Positions 27,128-37,766 are shown, numbered from the stretch's first letter. The stretch: DNA of 64,000 nucleotides from Candidatus Borrarchaeum weybense (GCA_019057385.1 JAHQJS010000007.1:587685-651684); one strand, 5' to 3'. Numbers and translations are program-made. Notes: generated by a model not told the origin, from the sequence alone.

Positions 27128-29023
27128 TCAAACACTTGATAAAAGATATCGTTTCAATTCATCTTCTGAGTTATCCGCAGATACAAAGATCGGCACGTTT
27201 TCGATTCCCGTAGCTATGTAACTCGACAATAGCCACTCTCCAGGCGCAAACTCCAGTGTTTTTTCAAGAATACTCCGATCAATCATAAACGTATTACTAA
27301 TTAAGCTTCTGTCATAAGGACGAGGCAACGTCCCCACAAAGTACGTATGAAGTTGCTGTAATGCATTTGTATTTAGATGTGCAATCCTTTGCGTAGCAAT
27401 GCACCCACCTAAACCATATTTCCTTCCCTGCCGCAATAATCTTTCAACTGCTCTCGAACACACTTTATCTATTCCAGAAGAGCCAGCGAAATCGGGAATA
27501 AATTCCTGCGCCTCGTCAAACACAAATAAAATCTCTGGCTTCACTTTAAATCTCCTTTTTCGCCTTTGCAGTACAGCACCTGTGAGATAGATCACCAGAT
27601 CTTTGATATCAGCAGCATCCGATATTGAAATGCAAATAAGCCTTGTATCCCCCTCAAGGAGTTGTATAAGCGCATCATCCGTTATACAGTCGGTTTGAGG
27701 TGAATCATCGTCTTCACATGCCTCAAGTTGTCTAAGGATGTTCTGGCGAGTGGTAGCCCAGGCGTAAACGCCCGATTTATCGTGAACATTGTATTCTTGA
27801 ACAGCCCGTCGAGCTATTTGATCAAGTTCATCGATAAATTCTCGATTTGCAGGCATAGTATCATATAAATTATTCTCCTCTACATAACTAATAATGAAAG
27901 CGGTTATATCATCTAAAGCGTTTACGTAATGGGGTTTTCCAAGGCTATCTTTTCGCAAGACTTCGATTTCTCCAAGACATTGACTATAAGTCGGAACTCG
28001 AACTCTAACCTTACTGTAGAATGCAACCCTGTCCAAATTCATTATTTTTCGAAACGCATTAAGAACTCGTTGGTCCTTTTCAAATTCTCTCGGTTTGACG
28101 ACTGAAGCATAAAATTGTCCAACATCGGCAACTCTCGACTCCAAAAGAATCTTTGACGGAATCTCAGGGTCTGTGAAAAGATCCATCAAAAGAAAAGAAT
28201 ATTCACATGAAATATCAAAAATTATAACTTTTGTATCCTTCGTATGCAGAAGAATCCTTCGCAGAACGTTCGAGAGGAGATTACTCTTTCCGCCGCCCGT
28301 AAAAGCGAAGATACCAAAATGATAGCGAATTAAATCCTCAAAACTCACGTAAATAGGGATTTTGTCTTCGTCCGACTCAAACATTTTTATTGTGCCAAGA
28401 CGTGGATCTTTCCTTGCCTCAGCACTTGTTTCTGCAATAGCGGGTATTTTTTCCAGAATTTTTCCGTTATACATCATGTTGATTAAATCTCTGTTCAAAA
28501 TATGAGCCTTCTCTGCGATTATGGGATACGTAAACCCCTTCTCATATGATATTTCGCCATTTTTAATGACGAGATCATAGTTTATCGGAATACTATTGAT
28601 TTGTACCAGCATTGTAGCTTTATCATCAGACTCCCAATCCGACACAGACTGATCAATAATCTCGAATTGTAAAGGATAATAACTACCATCAGATAAGCCA
28701 CGTAATCCAAAATGTTCCGGCCAGATTCGAGTAATTTCTAATAAGGTAAATCGAGCTACGTCATCTCGACTTTTGAAGTTACGAACGGCTAACAGCATGC
28801 CCTCTTCAACAAGACGCATCAGTTCCTTATCATATTCCACTTTAGCCCTACAATTATACTTAGCTGATGTCGGAGCAAGTGCAGATTCCTCCCTAAATTG
28901 AGTTGGAATTACAGCAGCTAAACGTGCTTTAAATTTCCCTCCAAAATCAGTAAAATAGTCTTGAATATCGAAACTAAATTTATTGTTGGCTTCTGGTTCG
29001 CTCAATTTGTGACCTCCTATCAC
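27128..29023 (-). CDS. HerA/FtsK-like ATPase (DUF87)
   Basis: HFGIFAFTGGGKSN, IIFD, FVFDEAQ, LRQGRKYGLG, ATQR; N-terminal HAS-barrel-like region. Confidence 0.85.
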   Translation of the reverse strand: MIGGHKLSEPEANNKFSFDIQDYFTDFGGKFKARLAAVIPTQFREESALAPTSAKYNCRAKVEYDKELMRLVEEGMLLAVRNFKSRDDVARFTLLEITRIWPEHFGLRGLSDGSYYPLQFEIIDQSVSDWESDDKATMLVQINSIPINYDLVIKNGEISYEKGFTYPIIAEKAHILNRDLINMMYNGKILEKIPAIAETSAEARKDPRLGTIKMFESDEDKIPIYVSFEDLIRYHFGIFAFTGGGKSNLLSNVLRRILLHTKDTKVIIFDISCEYSFLLMDLFTDPEIPSKILLESRVADVGQFYASVVKPREFEKDQRVLNAFRKIMNLDRVAFYSKVRVRVPTYSQCLGEIEVLRKDSLGKPHYVNALDDITAFIISYVEENNLYDTMPANREFIDELDQIARRAVQEYNVHDKSGVYAWATTRQNILRQLEACEDDDSPQTDCITDDALIQLLEGDTRLICISISDAADIKDLVIYLTGAVLQRRKRRFKVKPEILFVFDEAQEFIPDFAGSSGIDKVCSRAVERLLRQGRKYGLGGCIATQRIAHLNTNALQQLHTYFVGTLPRPYDRSLISNTFMIDRSILEKTLEFAPGEWLLSSYIATGIENVPIFVSADNSEDELKRYLLSSV

Positions 29024-30890
29024 GAAACGTGCTCATATAAAATACAAATTTGCGCAAAGCTGGATTTGAAGTTATCCAGTGCCTGGTCGAATTAATCACG
29101 TCCTGAAAGTATCTATTTTGCCATTTAGCAATATTATCTGCAATAAAAAGAGGAATATTATGCCCAAAGGCTTCAGGAATGCTTGGATCTGTCATAGCGC
29201 TGAGAATGGTCATTACTAAATTCTGTATTTCATTTTTATGGTCTTTTGTTTGATAGTGAATAACATCGACAACCTCATCCACACCAGAAAAATGATTTGA
29301 GAACGTAACTATATTTTCGTTTAGATCAAATTGCGGATAGACCAGTCGATCGATTAACAATACGTTACTTCTTAATTGTGGATCATAATCAGCAACTGAC
29401 AGTTGAATATAGGTTTTGACAAATAACCGTTCAGGAGCAATCTTGTTTTGAATTGCCCCGCGAACGTGTTGTATACCTCTGTCTAAGTCTGGAATTAATG
29501 TTCTAAAGCAGGAATCGTACTCAACAAGCGCCCAAGGCACCTTTACTTTCTGCCAATTGAGAAGTGAAGCTGACTGAAGTAACATCCTGTCGGTGTTGGG
29601 TAAGTTTGCAAATTCTGCGTGAGCTAAATTCTCGAGAATCAGCCCAGCACGGGTTGTAATGGGTATAACTTGTCGCTTGAAGTCACGTGCCGCAGTATCT
29701 TTTGTTACTCCAACTAATAAGATATTGTCTCTCCAACATTTTTCGAGTATCATGTAAAGGCAAAATAAAGTGAGAAAGTTCATATCAAGTGTGGTAAACC
29801 AATGATATTCACCGTCTTTCTTCACTTTCATCAGTTTATCAAATTGCGGGTCAATTTGTGGTTCTTCTAAGAATAGAGCGTCACCAACCATTTTTACAAG
29901 CTTCTTAATGCGTTCCCAAGTATTTTGATAGCGGCCTTCTAACTGATAACGTTCCCCTTGTTTGTGAATGATACCATATCTGATTAAACTTTTCATATAG
30001 CGTTCTATACGCTCTGTAGTTTGCTCATCGTCTATATCAAGGTTAATGCAAACTTCATCAATACTTTGAGGACCATTATTCCTCAAAGAAAAGACAAGAT
30101 AATATTTAAGATAATCTGCTCGTGGTGGAAGAACACCCAATTCAGGATTGTGAATCCAGTATCGACCAAGCCATAAATCATTTTCATCTATTTTGACGCC
30201 ATCAACTTCTACTCCGATGAGAGCCCCATTTTTCTCCCAATGAGATTTCTTTCTAGTATCAACTGCAAGATGCGCTTGATCTGTTGAGAGACTTCTATCC
30301 ATCAATAGAAGCTGGATAGGCTTTTCTTTAGGTTCTGTGATTAATTTATACGCCAGATAATACTCGGCAAACGTCATTATTTGATTTGCAATTTGTGAAT
30401 TGTCTACAATAGTCTGATCGTCAAGCGGTCTCCTTAATGACAGTTCGCCAGGTGTTGTTTCATCGAAAAACGTTTGATCTATCTCTGGAACCTCACAAAT
30501 ATATACAGGGATACAACTAGAACACCCAACTCCTTGCTTGAGAAATTCTTTTGGATAGGTCACAGAAGGTGGGGCATCGCTTTTGAATTCAATTTCGCCA
30601 ATAGCTGCGAAGGCACCTCCATAGAAAATGGCAAGGTCAAAAAAAGATTTTGTGTACTCCGTGCCATCAACCGCAGCATATTTTATTTTGTTTTCTCCAA
30701 AAAATGATCTTGCTGTAACTAGCGCGTCTTCTACTGAAAATTCATCAACCATGAATCGATGAAGAAATTGTTCATAAATGTTTTCAGAGGTTTTGAAGAT
30801 TGACTCATATTCAGTAATCTGTTCAGCAGCTTCCTTTCTTAGTATTTCGCCAACCCTTTTCAACGCTTCGCTTAAGAATGAGGGAGTCAT
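28980..30890 (-). CDS. NurA-like nuclease with inserted wHTH-like segment
   Basis: AAVDGT, LLMDRSL, LVGVTKD, GHNIPLFIAD; upstream of HerA. Confidence 0.75.
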   Translation of the reverse strand: MTPSFLSEALKRVGEILRKEAAEQITEYESIFKTSENIYEQFLHRFMVDEFSVEDALVTARSFFGENKIKYAAVDGTEYTKSFFDLAIFYGGAFAAIGEIEFKSDAPPSVTYPKEFLKQGVGCSSCIPVYICEVPEIDQTFFDETTPGELSLRRPLDDQTIVDNSQIANQIMTFAEYYLAYKLITEPKEKPIQLLLMDRSLSTDQAHLAVDTRKKSHWEKNGALIGVEVDGVKIDENDLWLGRYWIHNPELGVLPPRADYLKYYLVFSLRNNGPQSIDEVCINLDIDDEQTTERIERYMKSLIRYGIIHKQGERYQLEGRYQNTWERIKKLVKMVGDALFLEEPQIDPQFDKLMKVKKDGEYHWFTTLDMNFLTLFCLYMILEKCWRDNILLVGVTKDTAARDFKRQVIPITTRAGLILENLAHAEFANLPNTDRMLLQSASLLNWQKVKVPWALVEYDSCFRTLIPDLDRGIQHVRGAIQNKIAPERLFVKTYIQLSVADYDPQLRSNVLLIDRLVYPQFDLNENIVTFSNHFSGVDEVVDVIHYQTKDHKNEIQNLVMTILSAMTDPSIPEAFGHNIPLFIADNIAKWQNRYFQDVINSTRHWITSNPALRKFVFYMSTFRDRRSQIERTRSQQ

Positions 30891-30905
30891 TAGTTCTCAC
30901 TGAAG

Positions 30906-32213
30906 TTATACTTCTTTTGGAAATAATTTCTCAACCTTTCGCCCGCTTTTCATTTTATTGACTTCTTTCAGTTTTCCGCGGATTCTTACTTTAGGATCAT
31001 CCGTTCTTTTGTTTGTATCTCCATCATAATTCGTTTCTGTAACGTAAACATCCATCCCTACAAAAAGATTTTCTATGCCTACAGATTTCGTCGTGTCCCA
31101 AGAGGACGCCGTACCCTTCTCCAAAGCGTTTTCAATTCGTGATTTATATCCTTGAAATACGATTCCTGTAATTTTTCCTTCCCTTTTTGTATACACATAT
31201 GCCTGTACAAACTTTATTCCATATTCATCAAAGAATTGCTGTTTATCCCATTTAGGATCTTCAATAAACTCGAAAATGAAATCATAACGAATCTCATCTT
31301 CTGGAACTTCCTCAGTGATCTCATTTTCTTCCATTAAATGAGTTTCCTTTACTTCCTGCTTGAACGGTTTGATTTCATGTTTAGGCCTTTCTTTGACCTT
31401 AGGAGAAGGCTTAACTTCAACTTCTTCTTGCTTTTCAACAAGAAGGTTAAAAACCTGACGGAAAATATTTGCTAAATCTTTTGTCTTAATCTTAAGGATA
31501 TACTTACCTTCAGGAAGTTTTTCAATACCTTCAATGAATGGGTGAGTTAATAGATGAATGAATTCTTCAATGCTCTTACGTTTTATTTCAAGTTTTTCAA
31601 GCTTTTCTCTTACTGCTAAACTATTTGCTGTAAAGAAACCCAATCTATCTTGTACAGATTGCATTTCTTCGAGTATAATTCTAAAATGATCCCAGAACAC
31701 TCTTTTATTTTGAATCTTAGTTAATAAATCCTCTACTTGTGATCTGATGCCACCCTTTTTAGTAAACAAATCCTTTAAGTCAATTAGTGTAAGAGGAATA
31801 TTTGAATGACTTTTGACAAGACGTATTAAATCATCAGTTTTCAGAAGAGAAACGTTATGGTCTTTTGCTCGCCTTTCAAGATTTCCTCTGGCAAAATCAG
31901 GCGCTACTACGACTACAAAATTAGCTGTTGTCTTTTCTTTGTGATCGTCCAAAGAGAGCCAATCTATTGAACGATCCGAAATTTTTTCCCTTTTAGTTGT
32001 TTTGGCATCAACATTTACTCTAAATGCCTCTTGCCCAATTCTTGCCGTAAGTAGTACATCAGTCTCTCCACTAACTCCCATAAGTTCTGTATCGAAACCT
32101 AAGAAGTTAAAAGCATCTCTGATTGCTTCTTCAAATTCGGTTGGAGAGTCACTCTTATATTGAGCCTCAGCTAATCGTTCAATAATCGAACTAGCTTTCG
32201 AAATTTTTTTCAA
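30906..32213 (-). CDS. Mrr-like restriction endonuclease domain protein
   Basis: FEEAIRDAFNFLGF...GETDVLL...VDAKTT. Confidence 0.7.
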   Translation of the reverse strand: MKKISKASSIIERLAEAQYKSDSPTEFEEAIRDAFNFLGFDTELMGVSGETDVLLTARIGQEAFRVNVDAKTTKREKISDRSIDWLSLDDHKEKTTANFVVVVAPDFARGNLERRAKDHNVSLLKTDDLIRLVKSHSNIPLTLIDLKDLFTKKGGIRSQVEDLLTKIQNKRVFWDHFRIILEEMQSVQDRLGFFTANSLAVREKLEKLEIKRKSIEEFIHLLTHPFIEGIEKLPEGKYILKIKTKDLANIFRQVFNLLVEKQEEVEVKPSPKVKERPKHEIKPFKQEVKETHLMEENEITEEVPEDEIRYDFIFEFIEDPKWDKQQFFDEYGIKFVQAYVYTKREGKITGIVFQGYKSRIENALEKGTASSWDTTKSVGIENLFVGMDVYVTETNYDGDTNKRTDDPKVRIRGKLKEVNKMKSGRKVEKLFPKEV

Positions 32214-32328
32214 CCCCTCTTATCCTTCTCTAGGATTCTTACCCTCTTATAAAAGAAATTAAATTCTTCGATTTATCTCAATGAATTTATTTTGTTGACG
32301 AATAATCAAATCATCTTAATCCTACTTC

Positions 32329-32360
32329 AAAGATACTCTTTAGCTTCTTCTGTAATAAAA
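32329..32360 (+). repeat. 32-bp imperfect direct repeat, copy 2
   Basis: AAAGATACTCTTTAGCTTCTTCTGTAATAAAA. Confidence 0.8.
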
Positions 32361-32550
32361 GCCTTTCTTCCTTTAATATCGGTCAATTCAAGAGCTGAAT
32401 TTAGAAGGAATTTTATTTCTCTAAAAATCTCTCGATCTCTAAAAATATATTAATGCTGAACTTATAATGGGATATCACATATCCAATTTTCAAGTTTGAA
32501 TTAGTTTTACTAGTTGTTATCTTAAGAATGACTTTTCAAGGGGGAATAAA

Positions 32551-33165
32551 ATGTCTGATATTAAAAAGGCTATTAGCACTCTAAAAAAGTCTTTTGAACG
32601 TTTTAGCCAAGATTTTTTAAAAGCCCTATCATCTTTAGAGACCGCAGCTGAGCCTCCCTCTACAATTGATAAAAAACTAGCCATAGGCAAACTTTTCGAG
32701 AAACAGAGTAGCATGACATTGAATGATATTAAAACAGGAATTAAAGCTAGTGCACTTAAAGAAATTAAACCTATCATTGAAGTTCTAATAAAAGAGGGAA
32801 CACTTACTGTAGATGAAAGCACCCTAGGAAAAAGTGGAAAACCAATTGGCGATACGATCATTCAAAAAGGAAGCAGGACTACATCTGTTCGGCAAGTTAT
32901 AAATGAAAAGGATTTCTTAAATATTTCACGAGAGGAATACAACAGACTTGTTCTTGCATCTGCAGTAACACCTTATGTAGAGATTGAAAAACTTAGAAAT
33001 AGAGTAACACAAAGATTGGGTATATCATCAAACGAATTTAATACTCTTCTAACAAAACTCAACACTCAAAATCCTGCCAGAGTTCAACTTGATCCAGGTA
33101 CTGGAAAATCTGGGCTTGGAATTGCTACATCGCGAGGAATCTGCTATTTTGTGATTATCAGGTGA
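32551..33165 (+). CDS. hypothetical protein with wHTH-like domains, partner of the downstream ATPase
   Basis: 204-aa ORF; YVEIEKLRNRV...GISSNEFNTLL helical pattern; 4-bp gap to next gene. Confidence 0.6.
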   Translation: MSDIKKAISTLKKSFERFSQDFLKALSSLETAAEPPSTIDKKLAIGKLFEKQSSMTLNDIKTGIKASALKEIKPIIEVLIKEGTLTVDESTLGKSGKPIGDTIIQKGSRTTSVRQVINEKDFLNISREEYNRLVLASAVTPYVEIEKLRNRVTQRLGISSNEFNTLLTKLNTQNPARVQLDPGTGKSGLGIATSRGICYFVIIR

Positions 33166-33169
33166 GAAT

Positions 33170-34984
33170 ATGCAACGTTACTCTTCTCTGGGTTTAGCTG
33201 AGAATCCTTTTCCTCCAACAGGTACACCTACGAGACACTGGATTTTAGCTGGGCAAAGTAGAATAAGAGCCTTTAGGCAATTAAAAGCGGCTCTTGAGGG
33301 AGCATCCAGAGGTAATATTTTAGGAGTAAGGATTTCAGGTGGAAATGGTCAAGGAAAAAGTCATTTAATGCGTCATGCAGAATATCATCTGAGCAAAGAG
33401 CCCGGCATGAAATCAGCTGTTTATATACATTGCCCTTCAGACCCTAGAGTTACACCAGACTTATGTCACTTAACGAAATTAATCTTGGATAGATTAGGCA
33501 GAGAAGATTTCTTAGAAAAACTTGCTTGGGGATTATATGGAGTCTCTTTAGCCAAAAGCTTACAAACTGGATCGTTTAAAGGTTTAAAAAGCAAAAGAAG
33601 GTTTCCTTTTAGAAGAAAGAAACATGATAAGAAATATGTGCAATACTTAATAAATAATTTAAATGAAGATCCGCTTTATATCGATGAAATTATCGATGAA
33701 ATTGACCTTGAAGTTTTGCAAAAAATGGTTAAGGATGATATCGAACGTCATGAAATGAAAGATATCTATGAATCATCATTTATTTCACCAGAAGTCACAA
33801 CACATATTCTTAATTCTGAACTAGAATCTGATAATTGGGAAAATCTGACTAACTTCTTCTATAATAATACAGAAAATGCTTTGATGACATTAAAAACTAT
33901 AGTTAATTTAATGCGCATTACAGGATATGATCTATTCACTCTGCTTGTAGACGAACTAGAAAGGGTAGAGGAAAGCAAACGAGATATCTTTCTGCAAACT
34001 CTTTGCCTTTTATTAGAATATGGTCCTCCTAATACATGTGTAGTTGTTGCTTGTACTCCAAAAATATGGGGTAAGATTCTTGGTATTGGAGAAGAACCAG
34101 CCTCTGATGTTGGCCCTGCATTAAAGAGGCGCTTTACAGAATTAGTACCACTTGAAAACATTGAAATTAGTGATGCGAACGAAATCGTTGCAGCATATCT
34201 TAAAGAAGCGGAACCCGCCCTTGGAATTAGAAAAAGAAGTGAAATTAGCCCTTTTTCTGAAGAATCTGTTGAAATGATTTGGAGAGAAGTTGGTGCGCTC
34301 CTGGGAGACCTTCTTATCTCTTGTTATGTTTCTATCGAACTAGCAACAGATCAGAACAAAAAATCAGTGGATCTTGCGATTTCTAACGAAGCCTTGGAAC
34401 GAGTTATTGCCGCAACAGGTCTTCCATTACAAACGCCTTCTATAAGCCCTCCACCAGCTCTTTCAAATCAAATTCTTGATGATTTCTGGGGAATTAGAAG
34501 AAACAGTGAAAGATCTTTTAAAGTTGAAAAAGCGTTGAGAGAAGTTCTTCAAAAAGCCGTTCCACAAGGAGGAATAATGAAAGTTCATTCAAAAAAGAAA
34601 AGACCATTAACAAGCCAAGGTCGTCGTGAGATAGACGTATTAGCTTATAAGGGGCCAAAACCCATTGGTTTTGAGGTTAAAGCATACGAAATTAAAAATG
34701 AAGTTGCTAAAAAGGAATTAGAAGCGACTTTTCTAATTGCGGATGAAAATCTCGTAAACCATCTTGTTATTGTTTCAACATCAACATTAAGCATTGAAGC
34801 GGCAAATGAATTGCAGAAGCGTTCTGAAAAAGTTTCTTTGGTCTTTCTGGACGAACCAAAACTTACATTGCTCTTATACGTCAGCAACGTTATGGGAATA
34901 CAGCGAGGGGCTTCACTCCAACCAGATGAGGCAATCGAAGCCCTCAAACAAATCGGTGTAATGGAGATAATAGATAACTGCTAA
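33170..34984 (+). CDS. P-loop (AAA+/BrxC-D-like) ATPase fused to C-terminal Mrr-like nuclease
   Basis: GLAENPF, GGNGQGKSHL, LLVDELE, ALKRRF, SPFSEE; C-terminal REIDVL...GFEVK. Confidence 0.75.
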   Translation: MQRYSSLGLAENPFPPTGTPTRHWILAGQSRIRAFRQLKAALEGASRGNILGVRISGGNGQGKSHLMRHAEYHLSKEPGMKSAVYIHCPSDPRVTPDLCHLTKLILDRLGREDFLEKLAWGLYGVSLAKSLQTGSFKGLKSKRRFPFRRKKHDKKYVQYLINNLNEDPLYIDEIIDEIDLEVLQKMVKDDIERHEMKDIYESSFISPEVTTHILNSELESDNWENLTNFFYNNTENALMTLKTIVNLMRITGYDLFTLLVDELERVEESKRDIFLQTLCLLLEYGPPNTCVVVACTPKIWGKILGIGEEPASDVGPALKRRFTELVPLENIEISDANEIVAAYLKEAEPALGIRKRSEISPFSEESVEMIWREVGALLGDLLISCYVSIELATDQNKKSVDLAISNEALERVIAATGLPLQTPSISPPPALSNQILDDFWGIRRNSERSFKVEKALREVLQKAVPQGGIMKVHSKKKRPLTSQGRREIDVLAYKGPKPIGFEVKAYEIKNEVAKKELEATFLIADENLVNHLVIVSTSTLSIEAANELQKRSEKVSLVFLDEPKLTLLLYVSNVMGIQRGASLQPDEAIEALKQIGVMEIIDNC

Positions 34985-35136
34985 GAATCCTTAAAATATA
35001 TTTTTTACCTCTATTATACAAGTTGAATGCCAGCAAAATACAAACTAATTCATGTAATCTTTTTTCTAACTTCTCATATCACGATTAAGAAACTTTGCTC
35101 TCATTCTTCTCAGATTTGTTTTCACGAGAATTGATA

Positions 35137-35859
35137 TCATACAAGTTTTGGTAAGATCACATCCCATTCTTTATTTGCAACCCACAAATCAGCTGTATTA
35201 CGACTTGGGAAAATGGAAAATATTAAATCGAATTTGTGTTTCTTTATATGAATTTTATGAACGCTACCATGTTTAAATTCAGGCTTTTTTAGTTTGAAAT
35301 AGTTTTTAGCAACTGTATTTCCCAAACATAAGACTTTTTTTGGTTGAAGAATTTCAATTTGCTCATCAAGATAGCTACGACAATGTTGAATGGCTATTAA
35401 TCTATTATCAGAACCTCTAAGGTTATTTTCCCTATCGCGACCTTGCCACACAAAACATTTAATAAGATCTGTAAAAATCCAAGTTTTTCCTTTATCGTTT
35501 AGTGCCTGAAACAAGATTCTCATTTCTTTTTGATTGAATTTTTGGAGAGGTTCATTTAGGTAATACTCCGCAAATTGAGTAACTTCGGAATCTAAATCTA
35601 GTTGTGGGCGAAAATTTTGCGCTCTCCCTCCACCATGGGCTTCAGCGATAACAAGTAAATCAACTGGTAATTTCACAATTTCCGAGGAAAAACCCAGAAG
35701 CATGTTGCTATAACATTCATTATGCTTTTTGTCATAATGAGCGAATTGAGTCCTATCTAAATAACAGCTTTCGCAGTAAGACCGCATGTTGACCTTTTCG
35801 AAAAATTTTCGACTGGTTGGCTCGGTCAGTATACCACATGTCATAGAATCCCTTTCCAT
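35137..35859 (-). CDS. divergent uracil-DNA glycosylase superfamily protein (family 4-like, Cys-ligated)
   Basis: CESC, IAEAHGG, TDLIKC, CRSYLDEQIEILQPKKVLCLG, IFPS. Confidence 0.7.
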   Translation of the reverse strand: MERDSMTCGILTEPTSRKFFEKVNMRSYCESCYLDRTQFAHYDKKHNECYSNMLLGFSSEIVKLPVDLLVIAEAHGGGRAQNFRPQLDLDSEVTQFAEYYLNEPLQKFNQKEMRILFQALNDKGKTWIFTDLIKCFVWQGRDRENNLRGSDNRLIAIQHCRSYLDEQIEILQPKKVLCLGNTVAKNYFKLKKPEFKHGSVHKIHIKKHKFDLIFSIFPSRNTADLWVANKEWDVILPKLV

Positions 35860-36020
35860 TATAAGTTATTCTAATAAATTTGTAATTCATTTTTTAATTA
35901 ATTTAAAATCATCTATAGATCCTTAAATTAAGACATTCCAAACGAGAAGGCTGAAAAAACATAGATTTCGCCAACAAAGGAGTTATTATTCTAAACAATT
36001 TCTTGTCTATTCAATGGTCG

Positions 36021-37766
36021 TCAATGATCTTTATTTCTTAACTCTTTCTCTATCAGTTTGCGAATTGTAGTCCGTATATATTCTTCAAATTTGCTTATAT
36101 CATCAAAATTAATGGAAACATCTTCTTCATGGATTAAAGAGTTACGTTTTTTATAAAATTCTTGTATTTCCCTTTTAATTTTTCTTCCTTCATCAAGATT
36201 TTGCGCTAAAAGTTGAGCTGTTTTCTCAGCAATTTTTTTTCCAATGCTTTTTTTCATATAAGACTTTTTAAATAGTGATTCAAATGATCTTATATAAAAC
36301 AAGAACTTATCCTCCAACCTCTCGTACTCATATGCAGAGTTTAAACGTTTCAAGGCTTTGTTTAACCGAGGAAATTGACTTAAATCCAATTCATTGAAAT
36401 CTTTCCAAAAAATCTTGAATTCGTTAACTTCAGTTTTTTTCAAGTAATATAGTTCTCCCAAAAACCTATTTTGTGAATGAAGAGGCGTGTAAGTATCCCT
36501 TAAATGAGCTAGAAAATAAGCTTCTAAGCAAGGCATTATCAGGATCATATTGAAACTTACTAGACCTGATTTGAATAGTCTTAAAGCTGTAACTAATTTG
36601 TTGAACCTTTCATTTAATTCTTTAGAATCTATGTCAACTGGCGTTGTTCCGTCTCCTAAAGCCTTCTTTAATTTGTATTTGAATTCGATTAAATGAACAG
36701 TAGCACGGAGTCTCTTATGTTCCCATTTTTTACCCTTTATATCAGGTTTTAAGCGACAATTTGTTGGAAAGATTTTCCCATCAATTTCTATAACCGAACC
36801 GTCATAAAGAACATTTAACGAATAAGTTTGATTTGACAAGTTCTTCATACCTATGCAGCAGGCTTCTGGAATGCTTGCCTTTCTTATCAATAGACCGTCG
36901 CCCAAGTCTATTTCATCAACTTCACTGTGAAAGGAAAAGAGCTTAGAAAATGCTCTGAAAGATATCTCATCGCTGAAAAAGAACTTTTCTAACTCTTCAT
37001 ATGCCACTTCAAACATTTCAGGATCAAATTCAATTTTATAGGTTGTTTGACTTTTAAAAAAAGTTTTATATGAAAGAAATTGTGTTCTTAAAAGGTATGT
37101 TAAATAATCACCTACGAATCGTCTAAAATGTCTTAATCCAGTGCCAACTGAGCGATCCAGGTGTGTGGATATTACAGGATCTGAATGCATAATTTTTGAG
37201 CAAGTTTTGAATTCTTTCAAACTTTTTATTTTACCAATTAAGTCCCAATGGAAAACAGGCGGCATAGTTGTAGTCATATCGTTGATGTAGAAAAAGTAAT
37301 TTTCCGCTGCTTCTTGGATTCCTTGAATAAATTCTTCATCTCTATTAAATAATTCCAGTGCTGAAATGACGAAGTCCTTGCTAGTATTATAGAACCTTGT
37401 ATTTCTCGGTGGTGATAGTCTAGACGAACTGTCTTTTTTTATTGCAGTTTCTCTCATTCTATTTAATTCTTTTACTTCTTCTATTCTAAGTTTTCTCATC
37501 TCTGGTAAGTTTTCTATCATTTTATTCATATGGTTTATTATCTCATCCTCAGCAATTCTTAGTGCTTTGTTATGAGATTCATTAATCAAGTCCCTTTTAA
37601 GATCATCCCATTTCTTTTCAAAAACAGTATCATATTGTTGTTCATACTTTCCAAGATTCTCAATAAATGTACATTTCCAAGTTTTATGCAATTCTTCTCG
37701 ATTTTTCTCCAATAAGCCTTTACTCTGTTCTTCAGTGTTATTTTCTGCCAAATATTTCACTTCCAA
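36021..37766 (-). CDS. ApeA-like HEPN domain protein
   Basis: LVTALRLFKSG, ALKRLNSAY...SFESLF, YKKRNSLIHE (RxxxxH). Confidence 0.7.
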   Translation of the reverse strand: MEVKYLAENNTEEQSKGLLEKNREELHKTWKCTFIENLGKYEQQYDTVFEKKWDDLKRDLINESHNKALRIAEDEIINHMNKMIENLPEMRKLRIEEVKELNRMRETAIKKDSSSRLSPPRNTRFYNTSKDFVISALELFNRDEEFIQGIQEAAENYFFYINDMTTTMPPVFHWDLIGKIKSLKEFKTCSKIMHSDPVISTHLDRSVGTGLRHFRRFVGDYLTYLLRTQFLSYKTFFKSQTTYKIEFDPEMFEVAYEELEKFFFSDEISFRAFSKLFSFHSEVDEIDLGDGLLIRKASIPEACCIGMKNLSNQTYSLNVLYDGSVIEIDGKIFPTNCRLKPDIKGKKWEHKRLRATVHLIEFKYKLKKALGDGTTPVDIDSKELNERFNKLVTALRLFKSGLVSFNMILIMPCLEAYFLAHLRDTYTPLHSQNRFLGELYYLKKTEVNEFKIFWKDFNELDLSQFPRLNKALKRLNSAYEYERLEDKFLFYIRSFESLFKKSYMKKSIGKKIAEKTAQLLAQNLDEGRKIKREIQEFYKKRNSLIHEEDVSINFDDISKFEEYIRTTIRKLIEKELRNKDH

